A stretch of 33,442 nt of DNA from Octopus bimaculoides (GCF_001194135.2 NC_068990.1:71701161-71734602), one strand, 5' to 3'; shown: positions 10,183-21,245, counted from the stretch's first letter. A program made the numbers and translations. The notes: generated from the letters alone by a model not told the origin.

Positions 10183-12634
10183 TATATACACATCTACCTA
10201 TGTAAGTATTTGTTACAATCTTAATTTTACATATTGTTTGTAATTACTATTATTGTTACAATTCTGACGATGTAAGGAGTTTTCTCTCAAATGCTGGTGA
10301 AAGAAATTTGCACTTTATTTCAATATCTTCTGCTTCACATTTATGTCATACATTGATTTCTTTGGTAAATAAAAGATTGGGGAAGTAATGACATTCATGC
10401 CTGTTACTAGAATAAAAAGGACATAAGTGAAGCACATTGAACTGAGATTCAGCATGGAATCACAGTCACCAGGACTTGCTTCAAATTCTAACAGAGGCTG
10501 TATTTTACATGGTCACTTATTCCATTCATTGATCACCATTTTACAAGAAAAATATGTTTCGAGAATCTTCAACTGTTTTTAAGAAATAGCTATTGCACAA
10601 GCCAGTCTTTTATCTTTTCTTTTTATCAATCAAAGGACTGCGTCCATGCCAGGGACCTGAGACTACATGGTGGCAAAGCTAGCTTCTTAACCACACAGTC
10701 ATACCTGTGCTTAGGCACTGCATTATTAGTTTTTTTTTTTTAGATATTGAGGAACAGAAATTATTATTAAATATCAAATAAGACGGGTCTTTTATGCAGT
10801 CCCTCAATTTTGTTAAATATAGCTGCATAAATGCCTTCAACAAACTTCCTACTGTCTTTATATTAGGGCCATGTGATTTAGTTTCAACATCATGACAACA
10901 TGTTGCACACTAAAAATAAAAAGGCCACAGATAGAATGCTGATCAAAGACATCTTCAGTCAGTTAACTCGGTGACGTAGTTTTACTCCAATACACCTGTT
11001 ATGTGTAACTAGTAGGAAGACTCACCAACAGCAATTTACCAAGCAACAAATTAAATATTTATTACTCCCAAAATTTATCTTAAAAATATGAAAACATTGA
11101 TCAAAAGCAATGGGAAGAGGCTCACTAGCATATTCATTGTCATTGGGTTAGATGCAGATGTCTCATATAGAACACTACTATTAGCAACTACTTTTGGTCC
11201 ATCACATGTCTTTAATGCTGCAGTTGAGGTAGAGGGTTACTGTGCCCACACCTGAATGGAATGAAATGCTGAAATACCATAATTTTCATTGGTCAATTAT
11301 ATTTTGAATCTTGTGACATTTGAAATGTTCAAGCGAGTTGGGCCACAAGTAAGATTTTGCCACTGTTGGCATCTCATTTCCTCAAGTATCAGATGATATC
11401 CAGGAAGGAGACCTAGCTGGCCTAGCACTTCAGCCTCAAAATCACCTGAAGTACTGCCACAAATGTTCTGAGTGGCCTTAAAAATTATTAGAGAGGAAAA
11501 TCCTTGGTGCAATGTATAATGAAGGGAGTGTACATGCTTTTTTTAAATATTTATTTACTTGTTTTTATTTCAACTCAATTTTTACCATTTTTGCTTTTAC
11601 TTTGGCAAATTGGGATTACTAAAGACTTTTAAATGAGACGTCATGAGCTAATCCTCTCAGGTTCATAGCTCATAACGAACTTGTCTATTCTTTAGGCACA
11701 GTCAAAATATTTTCATCTCTTCAATGGAATTGCTTGCTAATTGCTAAATTATTGGTTGGTGTACTGCTGTTGTGAACATTGTGGAATTGCCGTTGGTGAA
11801 TATTATACACATGCACACATATATTGTGTCACTGAAGACTAGGTCTATGAATACACTTGTGCTATATTCCAAGCAAGAAAGCCTATTAATTCTTCCATTC
11901 TGTAACAAGGTTTCAGGACAAAGAAAAACAAACAAACCAGCTTTTACATTCTATGCCATAATATAAAGCCAGTGAGACACTTCAATTGTCTTAAATGGCT
12001 TGTTTCGGGTTAAACAACAACAAAAATATCAATATCATTTTATAACATAAAAGCTATAATTCCTTTACTCAGCCTTTCCTTTTCATTTCTGATATCATAT
12101 ATTTTGTGAACAATGGTACCATTAGTTACAGATTTTTAATAAGCCAACTGCTGGTTCACTGCATTTCTGTTAAAATGAAAGATAACAAGGGAACTGTGCA
12201 AGAAGGGCAGAACAAATCTCAGGAAGTGATGTAGTTTTGTTTTATTGACAATTTTCTCACCAATATATTTAAATAAGTGTGTGTGTGTGTGTATACACAC
12301 TTTATTTGTGGATTAAAAGGTTACCAATGATTTTATGCAAAGGGAAATCTCTTTACAATTTTCAAGCATACCATATGGGAACCTTGATACATGTTTCCAT
12401 TTTGGATGAGAATACACAAAGTTACAGGCAACTCTATGAGATTTTGAAAAAATAAATATACAGAGCATGGGCGGTAAGTTATAAGGAAATCTAAACTGTT
12501 GTCCCCTTTCCAGTTAGCCCTGGATTTTTGCAAGGAACTACATTTACCTTGGATTAATTCTTTAATTATCTTATGTGAGAAGGCTCATGCACATTCAAAT
12601 CTATAAATATAAATGCATACACATGTACACACAA

Positions 12635-12990
12635 AGGTGGCGAGCTGGCAGAAACGTTAGCACACTGGGCGAAATGCTTAGCGGTATTTCATCTGCCGCT
12701 ATGTTCTGAGTTCAAATTTTGCTGAGGTCAACTTTGCCTTTCATCCTTTCGGAGTCGATTAAATAAGTACCAGTTACACACAGGGGTTGATATAATCAAC
12801 CTAAAACGTTTGTCTGTCCTTGTTTGTCCCCTCTGTGTGTAGTCCCTTGTGGGTAGTAAAGAAATAACACATGCACACAGACATGCACAGGCACATACAC
12901 ACAGACATACACAAATACCAGTGTTTGTGTGACACATACACACAAACAAACACACAAGCATATACACACACACACACACACACACATACG
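12635..12990 (+). mobile_element. SINE family B head with a family-A-like 3' part
   Basis: aggtggcgagctggcagaaacgttagc, gagttcaaatt (B-box-like) and taaataagtaccag. Confidence 0.75.
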
Positions 12991-12994
12991 ATAG

Positions 12995-13105
12995 GCTTCT
13001 TTCAGTTTCTGTCTAACAAATCCACTCACAAGCGTAGAGTAGGAGACTGACCCCATGATCACATAATTGGGAAGCAAGCTTCTCAGCCACAGTCACAACT
13101 GTGGC
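12995..13105 (-). mobile_element. SINE family A 5' part
   Basis: ggcttctttcagtttctgtc, aaatccactcacaag and gggaagcaagcttctcagccacagtcac are the reverse complement of the family A head. Confidence 0.6.
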
Positions 13106-13124
13106 TATATATACTGTATGTTAA

Positions 13125-13335
13125 GGCAGTGAGCTGGCAGAAACGTTAACATGCCGGGTGAAATGCTTAGTAATATTTTGTCTGTCATTACATTCTGAGT
13201 TCAAATTCTGCCGAGGTCGACTTTGCCTTTCATCCTTTCAGGGTCAATAAATTAAGTACCATTTGCATACTGGGATCAAACTAATCGACTGGCCCCCTCC
13301 CCCAAAATTTCAGGCCTCGTGCTAGAGTAGAAAAG
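13125..13335 (+). mobile_element. SINE family B copy
   Basis: aggcagtgagctggcagaaacgttaac through ggcctcgtgctagagtagaaaag. Confidence 0.8.
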
Positions 13336-14287
13336 AATATATATATTGTACTTATTCTTTCTTCCTTTCTTTTTTCTTCTTATCTATAATATAAATTGAA
13401 CATGGGCGACCGTTGTATTCTTTCTTGTCTTGAGGTTCACGGCCAAACGGCTGGGTGGATTCGCGTGAAAAATGGCACACATGTGGGGATGGGTGCATAG
13501 ATTGGAAAACACTTTGTATCTTTTCTTAGTCCCCATAGTTACCGAAAAAAATCGATTAAAACAACCTGCGTGCGTGCATGTATGTGAGTGTGTGTCACTG
13601 AAGCCATTCACACATACAAACATACATAACCACACTCTCTCTCTCGGTTTTTCCCTGTCAATCACTCACTACAAAAACTGAATGGAAAATTTCAGTTATC
13701 TCTCTCTCTTTCTTTCTTTCCTTCTCTCTCATATACACACACACTATCAACATTACTCTCTCTGTCTTGCACACCCCATCAAACAAACACACACACACAG
13801 ACATATGCATGCACATTGATTCTTCCGTCTCACGCAAACTTCAAAAGTTCAGTCATAAAACTGTCCATGTCTCTTTTCATTAGACTCCAACTTCAAAAGA
13901 TCCCCTTTCCCCAAAACACATATTAAAAAAATATTTTCACTTGTCCGGCCATTGATCGAGAGATAAAACACAAACCACCTCCTACTGACTGCAAAACTCC
14001 CGCCAAATTAGCTGCAAAAAGCACACGCACACATACACACACGTCCAATACAATAGATCTCACATACATTTTCGTCTTCAACAGGTATGTATCTATTCTG
14101 TAATATAAATTGTTTTTCTATAAGCGTATAACATTTACTTATTCCATACTTCTTCACTTAGCTTTTATCTTCACTTTTCTTAAATGAGATATGTCTGCTA
14201 TTAATTCGTACAGCTTCATTTTCTGTTAAAGCAATTCTTAACGTCAACTTCTTAATGCTTCTTTATTTTCCTATCGCCCATACTTAC

Positions 14288-14339
14288 CGAGAACAGCAAT
14301 TAAAACTTTTTCTAATGCAATTCCCCTTTCTTCGACCAT
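14288..14339 (-). CDS. Candidate alternative first coding exon MVEERGIALEKVLIAVL(G), antisense inside a Helitron
   Basis: ATG at 14339-14337 with an in-frame upstream TGA, 17 codons plus 1 nt, then consensus donor G|gtaagt (phase 1, compatible with 6230-6261). It lies within TE sequence, so it may be coincidental. Confidence 0.3.
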
Positions 14340-14435
14340 TAACACAATCAGTTCCTCACACACCTTGAACTTTCTCAGTCAAACTACATAATACGCAGAA
14401 TTGGGGCATTAATACAGTAGGGAGATTTGGCTGCT

Positions 14436-15036
14436 ATGGAAAGTTCCGAGGTGGGGGAGGAATTGCTTCGTGGAAAGATCCGAGGGGGAAATTATTCCCT
14501 GGNNNNNNNNNNNNNNNNNNNNNNNNNNNNNNNNNNNNNNNNNNNNNNNNNNNNNNNNNNNNNNNNNNNNNNNNNNNNNNNNNNNNNNNNNNNNNNNNNN
14601 NNNNNNNNNNNNNNNNNNNNNNNNNNNNNNNNNNNNNNNNNNNNNNNNAAGTTCCGAGAACAAGCTACTTCCTGTAAAGTTCCGAGGATTTCCTGGAAAC
14701 TTCCGAGGAGATGTGGAGGAATTACTTCCTGGAAATTTCCGAGGTGATGTATTTATTTCTTGGAAACTTCCAAGGAATTGGAGGGTAGGAATTACTTCGG
14801 AGAAAGTTCTGAGGAATTACGCCCTGTAAAGTTTCAAGGAAATGGTAAAAAGCGTGGAATTACTACCTGCAAAGTTCCAAGGAGAGTGAGGAAGGGTAGG
14901 TGTTATTTCCTGGAAAGTTCCATGGAAGGGGAGGAATGGAAGGAATTACTTCCTGGAAAGTTCCAAGGCAGGGAAGGAATTACTTCCTGGAAAGTTCCGA
15001 GGAAGTTGAGGAATTACTTCCTGGAAAGTTCTGATG
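14436..15036. repeat. Array of about 15 visible copies of GAGGAATTACTTCCTGGAAAGTTCCGAGG with short variable spacers; putative STAT/kappaB/ETS motif cluster
   Basis: Perfect TTCCTGGAA at 14690, 14726, 14907, 14950, 14984 and 15018, most overlapped by GGAAA(G/C/T)TTCC. Interrupted by the N gap at 14503-14648. Confidence 0.85.
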
Positions 15037-15037
15037 A

Positions 15038-15414
15038 GGGGCGCCCATTATGCTGCTGCGAAATTTGGATGCTCCAATAATGTGTAACGGCATGTGCATG
15101 ATAATCAAAATTTATACTTCCGAGTTTTACAGGCAACCATCTTGAATGGACGCTGGTCTAGATGTTCTTATAACTCCAATGTCCCTCCCTCCCTCCGAAA
15201 CAATCTACAAGTTTAAGTGGCTTCAATTTCCTATCAAACTCTCCTTTGCAATGGCAATAAATTAGGCACAGGGTCAATCATTGCAAATGGTTGGTTTAAA
15301 TCTCACGGTCAGCATTACGTTGGATGCTCCCGTGTTGGCAGGCCACAAAGTCTATACATTTGTGCATCAGAAGGGAAAACGAGAAACGTTGCCTACAAAG
15401 AAGTACTCCACTGA
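15038..15414 (+). pseudogene. Helitron RepHel Pif1-like helicase C-terminal remnant
   Basis: GAPIMLLRNLDAP.MCNG, VLQATILNG, QFPIKLSFAMAIN*AQGQSL and SHGQHYVGCSRVG..EGKTRNVAYKEVLH*, with frameshifts and one stop. Confidence 0.9.
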
Positions 15415-15565
15415 AAAGACGGCATTTCTTCACGTTTTCCAATTCACCCCAGTCATCTGCCGCCTCGAAAGCTTCTTACTTGCCGTGCCAGCCAACGTAT
15501 GTCAATGACGCACAACTTCACTCATTCAGTCTATCTCTCTTTCTCACAGTCTTTCTCTCTAACAT

Positions 15566-15597
<32 letters not shown>

Positions 15598-17004
15598 ATC
15601 CATTTCATATATCTTTTAATTTCTGCTCTCTGCAAATAAAATTTTTACGGATACAACTGCTTACAAAAATTGTGATTAATGTATAATGTTCATAAATAAA
15701 TGTTTTAATGATTATACAGACGTCCAATAGAATAGCTCTCAGAAACAGACTACATACAAATTCTTTCTTCACAACTCCTGAAGCCATTTTCTGACAGGGG
15801 GTGATGAAATTCTCATACAGCTAGAGGCTCCAATCGAAACAGGGGACCCGAAATGATAAGGTTGAGAAATGCTGTTATAGATTATGCCTAACCAAAAACG
15901 ATCACAGCCACATCATCCAAACAGGCCGGGTGAAACCGGGTTTAGCTGCTAGTTATTATATATGCAAAACCTTTCAATCTGCATAACATACAGAGGGGTC
16001 ATTTGTAAAGCATCATTCAGTGAAAGGGAACACTGAGTCACAAAAGGCTGAGAACCACTGCTTTAGATTATATATCTAATGTTGAAAAAAACATGTTACT
16101 TATATAAAAAGGTCTTTTGTTTCACTCTTTTAATTCAATGCATTATATTTAAAACAGAGTAGGGATACATTCATTGATGTACTAATTATAAAGTAAATAG
16201 TCAACGTCAATGCATTCAATATATTTCCTTAAAATAATAACCAGAAGAGAAATACACTTTCAAACTGTATTCCTTGTTATAGTAAATGTTACATAAAACT
16301 CTTCATTGCTAAAAATCCATTCGTCCTTTGAAAGCAACCAACTGTCACTCCTCCTACCAATCAAAATATTATATAAAAATACAATCTAAAATATATCTTG
16401 AATAGTTTTTAATTTAATTTAATTTTTTTCTTTTTCTTCTTTTTGCTAAGAAGACTTAATGCAAAGAAATAGAAGGAAGTGTATGTTGAAAGCTGTGTAA
16501 TTATTATGGTCTAGTGAATTATTGTCTGGTTCCAATCTGAATATAATTAGCTATATTTGGTAAGTGGGAAAGCAGAAAACCTGTATTAAAAATGAAAACA
16601 TGAAAAAAAAAAAGGGAAAATAAATAAATAAATAAATAGTTAATTCTTCGAAGATCTTTAAATAGGAAAGTTTCCAATTGATGTGGAAACTGTTCATTAT
16701 GACAAAACATTTTCCATCTAATTGGTTGCATTCCCAAGCCTTTGTAATTTTATTGTGCTATATGATGTCAAAAAGAAAGAAAAATAAAAGGAAAAAACAA
16801 AAACAAAACATTTCTGGTGCAATTATAGATGAGAAAAATTGATTCTATAAAATAAAAATAGTAAAAATTGAAACTTTGTAAATGGGGGAAAAGAAAGTAA
16901 GTATAATTCTGTGAAAGCCATCAAGAACAGCAATAATGTAATATAATGTATGTTTGTGAATGTGTGTGCATATATGTACTGTACATAACATACATGTATG
17001 TATC

Positions 17005-17388
17005 TTTTACTTGTTTCACTCATTAGACTGTGGCCATGCTTGGGCACTGCCTTGAAGCGTTGGGTTAAACAAATCAAGCCCAGAATGTATTTTTTTTAAA
17101 GCCTAGTACTTATTCTGTCAGTCTGTTTTTGCTGACACTGAGCTAGAGAGATTGAAACAAACCAACACTAGTTGTCAAGTGGGGGAGGGTCAAACATGCA
17201 CACACAACACACACAAACATCTATATATGTACAGCAGGCTTCATTCAGTTTCTGTCTACGAAATCCACTCACAAGGCCTGGAGCTATAGCACAAAACACT
17301 TGCCCAAGATGCCACATGGTAGGACTGAAGCAAAAAGTTGTGCCACTGGGAAGCAAATTTCTTACCACACAACCATGCCTGCACCTAT
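17005..17388 (-). mobile_element. SINE family A copy
   Basis: ttttacttgtttcactcattagactgtggccatgc, gtacttattc, ttcagtttctgtctacgaaatccactcacaagg and cttaccacacaaccatgcctgcacc. Confidence 0.8.
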
Positions 17389-17406
17389 ATGTATATATGT
17401 GTGTGA

Positions 17407-17442
<36 letters not shown>

Positions 17443-18008
17443 NNNNNNNNNNNNNNNNNNNNNNNNNNNNNNNNNNNNNNNNNNNNNNNNNNNNNNNNNN
17501 NNNNNNNNNNNNNNNNNNNNNNNNNNNNNNNNNNNNNNNNNNNNNNNNNNNNNNNNNNNNNNNNNNNNNNNNNNNNNNNNNNNNNNNNNNNNNNNNNNNN
17601 NNNNNNNNNNNNNNNNNNNNNNNNNNNNNNNNNNNNNNNNNNNNNNNNNNNNNNNNNNNNNNNNNNNNNNNNNNNNNNNNNNNNNNNNNNNNNNNNNNNN
17701 NNNNNNNNNNNNNNNNNNNNNNNNNNNNNNNNNNNNNNNNNNNNNNNNNNNNNNNNNNNNNNNNNNNNNNNNNNNNNNNNNNNNNNNNNNNNNNNNNNNN
17801 NNNNNNNNNNNNNNNNNNNNNNNNNNNNNNNNNNNNNNNNNNNNNNNNNNNNNNNNNNNNNNNNNNNNNNNNNNNNNNNNNNNNNNNNNNNNNNNNNNNN
17901 NNNNNNNNNNNNNNNNNNNNNNNNNNNNNNNNNNNNNNNNNNNNNNNNNNNNNNNNNNNNNNNNNNNNNNNNNNNNNNNNNNNNNNNNNNNNNNNNNNNN
18001 NNNNNNNN
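17443..18008. other. Assembly gap (N-run); others at 14503-14648, 26471-26639, 27669-27681, 28190-28468 and 32591-32689
   Basis: Runs of N. Most are flanked by microsatellites and they could hide exons. Confidence 0.99.
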
Positions 18009-18029
18009 GCATTGAGTTGCTTCTCCAAC

Positions 18030-18394
18030 ATACTGAAAATTTAGAAATAGCAGTCAAAGAACTACTGATCAATGGAACAGCCTGCTCGTGAAATTAACGT
18101 GCAAGTGCCTGAGCACTCCACAGACATGTGTACCCTTAACGTAGTTCTCGGGGATATTCAGCGTGACACAGTGTGACAAGGCTGACCCTTTGAATTACAG
18201 GCACAACAGAAACAGGAAGTAAGAGTGAGAGAAAGTTGTGGTGGAAGAGTACAGCAGGGTTCGCCACCATCCGCTGCCAGAGCCTCGTGGAGCTTTAGGT
18301 GTTTTCGCTCAATAAACACTCACAACACCCGGTCTGGGAATCGAAACTGCGATTCTATGACCGTGAGTCCGTTGCCCTAATCACTGGGCCATTG
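18030..18394 (-). mobile_element. tRNA-derived SINE family D
   Basis: Minus-strand head caatggcccagtgattagggc..gtttcgattccc (A- and B-box-like); second copy at 19035-19318. Confidence 0.7.
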
Positions 18395-18434
18395 CTCCTC
18401 CAATATATATATCTATGTATATATATACATGTAT

Positions 18435-18790
18435 GGCACATGGCTCAGTGGTTAGAGTGTCAGGCTCACAATCATGAGGTAGTGAGTTCAATTCCTGGAC
18501 CAGGCTGTGTGTTGTGTTCTTGAGCAAGACAATTTATTTCACATTACTCCAGATCACTCAGCTGTAGAAACAAGTTGTTTCGGCCAAGTTGTTTCGGCCA
18601 AGTTGTATCGGCCAAGTTGTATCGGCCAAGTTGTATCGGCCTTTGCCTTTCATTTGAATAACATCAGTCCATGGAGAAGGGAGGCTGGTATGCATGGGGG
18701 ATTGTTGGTCTTCCATAAACAACCTTGCCTTGACTTATGCTTTGGAGGGAAACTTTCTAAGTGCAATCCCATAGTCATCCAGTGAGTTGG
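18435..18790 (+). mobile_element. tRNA-derived SINE family C
   Basis: tggctcagtggttag (A box) and gagttcaattcc (B box), followed by a non-tRNA body. Confidence 0.75.
18571..18640. repeat. 14-bp tandem repeat x5 (caagttgtWtcggc) inside the SINE
   Basis: Two units of caagttgtttcggc, then three of caagttgtatcggc. Confidence 0.95.
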
Positions 18791-19034
18791 CAGCATCATT
18801 ACAGCAGCAGACAAAATAACCTTGCACTATTTGCACCACCTCTTTACATTCTCATTTGGTATAAAATCCTGCCACGGTCAACTTAGCCTCGCCCCCACTT
18901 GGGGATCACTACTATAAAGTAACAGTTGAATACTGGGGTCAATGCTGTCAACTGGTTGCTCCCCTCAGATTTGCTGAACTTGTGTCTAAATCAGAAATGA
19001 CTACTATAGCCTGGCTCTCTGTTGATTAAGATGA

Positions 19035-19318
19035 TGAATGTTCCAGTTGATCAAGAGAACAGCCTGCTTCTGAAATTCATGTGCAAGTGGCTAAGTGCTC
19101 CACAAACATGCATGCCCTTAATGTAGTTCTCAGAGAGATTCAGGTGACACAGAGTGACAAGGGTGGCTCTTTGAACATCAGATACAATTCAATTTTATTA
19201 GCTGAGTGGAATGGAGCAATGAGAAATAAAGTGTCTGGCTCAAGGACACACTGCACTACTGGGAATCAAACACATGGCCTTATGATTGTGAACTGAATAC
19301 CCTGGCCACTAAGCCATT
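19035..19318 (-). mobile_element. SINE family D, older copy
   Basis: gaacagcctgcttctgaaattcatgtgcaagtggctaagtgctccac is homologous to 18075-18120. Confidence 0.65.
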
Positions 19319-19334
19319 CACCACCTCAGAAATA

Positions 19335-19502
19335 ATTATTATAACATCCATTACTATTATTGTCATAGAAAAGATTATTATAACATCCATTACTATTATT
19401 GTCATAGAAATGATTATTACAACATCCATTACTATTATTGTCATAGAAAAGATTATTATAACATCCATTATTATTATTGTCATAGAAATGATTATTATAA
19501 CA
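19335..19502. repeat. 39-bp minisatellite, about 4.3 copies
   Basis: Unit attattataacatccattactattattgtcatagaaaWg starting at 19335, 19374, 19413 and 19452. Confidence 0.95.
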
Positions 19503-19714
19503 ATAATAATAATGGATGAAGATTGAGTGTTTAATAAGAAATTTGCTTCACAATTATGAAACCCAGGGTTAAATTGCACTATATAACATCTTAGCCAAAC
19601 ACCTCTTACTGTAGCTAAGGCTTGACCCAAGTCTATGAGTAAAATTGAGTAAACAGAATCTGTGGAAGCCCTTCAGATGGGCTGTACATTTAACATAGAG
19701 TCAACTTTGTCATA

Positions 19715-20068
19715 GGCTGTGATGTGCTCATTCTGGTTAAGAATCTGACTTTGCAACCATGAGATTTTGGGTTCAGTCCCACAGCATGGCATCTTGGGTA
19801 AACATCTACTATAGCCCCAGGCCAACCAGTGCTTTGTGAGTGAACTTGGTGGAAGCAAACTGAGAGGAAGCCTATTGAATGCAAGTGCATGTGTGTTTGT
19901 CCTGTCACATGGCAACCAGTGTTGGTTTGTTTATGTTCCCATAACTCAGTAGTTAGACAAAAGAGCCCAACAGAAGAAGTACCAAACTTAAAAGAAAGGG
20001 TTGATTTGTTTGACTAAACCTAGTATGGCCATACTTCAATGACTGAAACAAGTAAAAAATAAAGGATA
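19715..20068 (+). mobile_element. SINE family A copy
   Basis: gggttcagtcccacagcatggcatcttggg through atgactgaaacaagtaaaa. Confidence 0.75.
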
Positions 20069-20249
20069 TACATTCACTTATAAATACAGCATACACACAT
20101 GTGCATGGATGGATAGATGGATGTATAGATAGACAGACAGGTAGTTAACCAAATTTAAAACATTTAGGATTACAATTTACTGTCAAGTTTTTAGTACTGT
20201 GTTCTTTCTACTTGTTTGTACTTTAGTACAGTAAATTTATCACACAGAC

Positions 20250-20276
<27 letters not shown>

Positions 20277-20280
<4 letters not shown>

Positions 20281-21245
20281 GAGCGTAACTGTGAGAATAA
20301 GATTAGGCTGGGGAAAGTTCAGAGAGCTCCTACCCCTGCTAGCAACACAGAGCCTCTCTCTCACAATGAAAGGCAGATTGTTTGATGCCTGTGTGCGAAC
20401 AGCTATACTACACGGCAGTGAAACACGGGCTATGACAGATGAGGACATGTGTAGACTTGAGAGGAATGAAACCAGTATGCTTTGCTGGATGTGCAATGTC
20501 AGTGTGCATGTTCGACAGAGTGTAAGCATCTTGAGAAAAAAGTTAGGCATGAGAGGATTCAGATGTGGTGTACAAGAGAGACGACTGCGCTGGTATGGTC
20601 ATGTGATGCATATAGACGAGGACAGCTGTGTAAAGAAGTGCCAATCTCCAGCTGTAGAGGGAACCTGTGGTAGAGGTAGACCCAGGAAGACATGGGACGA
20701 GGTGACAATGAATCTCAGAGGCAATGATTAGTGACTGAGACCTTTGGCATTGTACTCTGCTTAAGAGGACCCATCAAGCCACGTGCACCTGTGCTGGTGG
20801 CATGTAAAAAAAAATCAACCTTTGAATGTTGGGCCCCATGGAGGTAAAATGGCCGAGTTCCTTTTGAACATTGGGCCTCATGGAGGCAGAGTGGCTGAGT
20901 TCCTTTCGAGTGGGCCTCATAGTGGTGAGGTGGCTGAGTTCCTTTTGAATGCTGGGCTTCATGGAGGCAATGACCAAGACCTTTGGCATTATGTTGTGCT
21001 TGAGAAGAAGACCCATCAAGTCAAGCAAAATAGCAGTCATGGCAGATACCAGTGTCACACAAATGGCACCCGTGCTGGTGGCACGTAAAAGCACTCTTTA
21101 CATTCTAGGAGTGGTTGTCATTAAGAAGGGCATCCAGCTGTAGAAAACCATATCAAATCAGACTGGAGCCTGGCACAGCCTTCCAGTGTACTAGCCCAGT
21201 CAAACCATCCAGCCCATGGACAATGGATGTTAAATAATGATGATG
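20277..21245 (+). mobile_element. 5'-truncated RTE-clade LINE: ORF2 C-terminus (open 20277-20731), 3' UTR and (TGA)n tail
   Basis: RIRLGWGKFRELLPLL..KGRLFDACVRTAILHGSET..QERRLRWYGHV..GRGRPRKTW are hallmark RTE C-terminal motifs. The 5' end abuts a (CA)n tract. Confidence 0.92.
20821..20970. repeat. 39-42-bp tandem repeat x3.6 in the RTE 3' UTR
   Basis: Units like tttgaa..tgggcctcatggagg...tggctgagttcct at 20821, 20863, 20905 and 20944. Confidence 0.85.

Larger units (their letters stand above)
13383..15952 (+). mobile_element. Non-autonomous, internally deleted Helitron, 2570 bp, both termini present
   Basis: 5' end A|TCTATAATATAAATT, followed by an aaacggctgggtggattcgcgtgaaaaatggcacacat motif resembling animal Helitron 5' regions. 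3' GC-rich hairpin gccgggtgaaaccggg (15925-15940) and terminal CTAG|T. Inserted between A and T with no TSD. Contains a Pif1-type helicase remnant. Confidence 0.8.

Noticed and set aside
13390-14400. CpG-rich region read as a host CpG-island promoter (about 25-30 CpG per kb versus about 6 in 10200-11200, by manual count)
   Set aside because: It lies wholly within the Helitron boundaries, so young TE sequence explains it more simply.
14436-15036. CRISPR-like array or heat-shock-element cluster
   Set aside because: Eukaryotic context, spacers only 0-20 bp and purine-rich, and no cas genes. TTC-to-GAA spacing is 3-4 nt, not the 2 nt needed for three-unit HSEs.
15031-15063. CTGATGA...GCGAAA hammerhead-like string
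   Set aside because: No stem II, and it overlaps the Helitron helicase codons GAPIMLLRN.
15783-16062. hAT-like TIR ends (ggttgagaaatgctg at about 15861-15875, ggctgagaaccactg at about 16046-16060)
   Set aside because: Matching left ends and TSDs could not be confidently paired.
18435-18510. tRNA gene
   Set aside because: A and B boxes are present, but they continue into a SINE body with no complete cloverleaf. The same applies to the other SINE heads.
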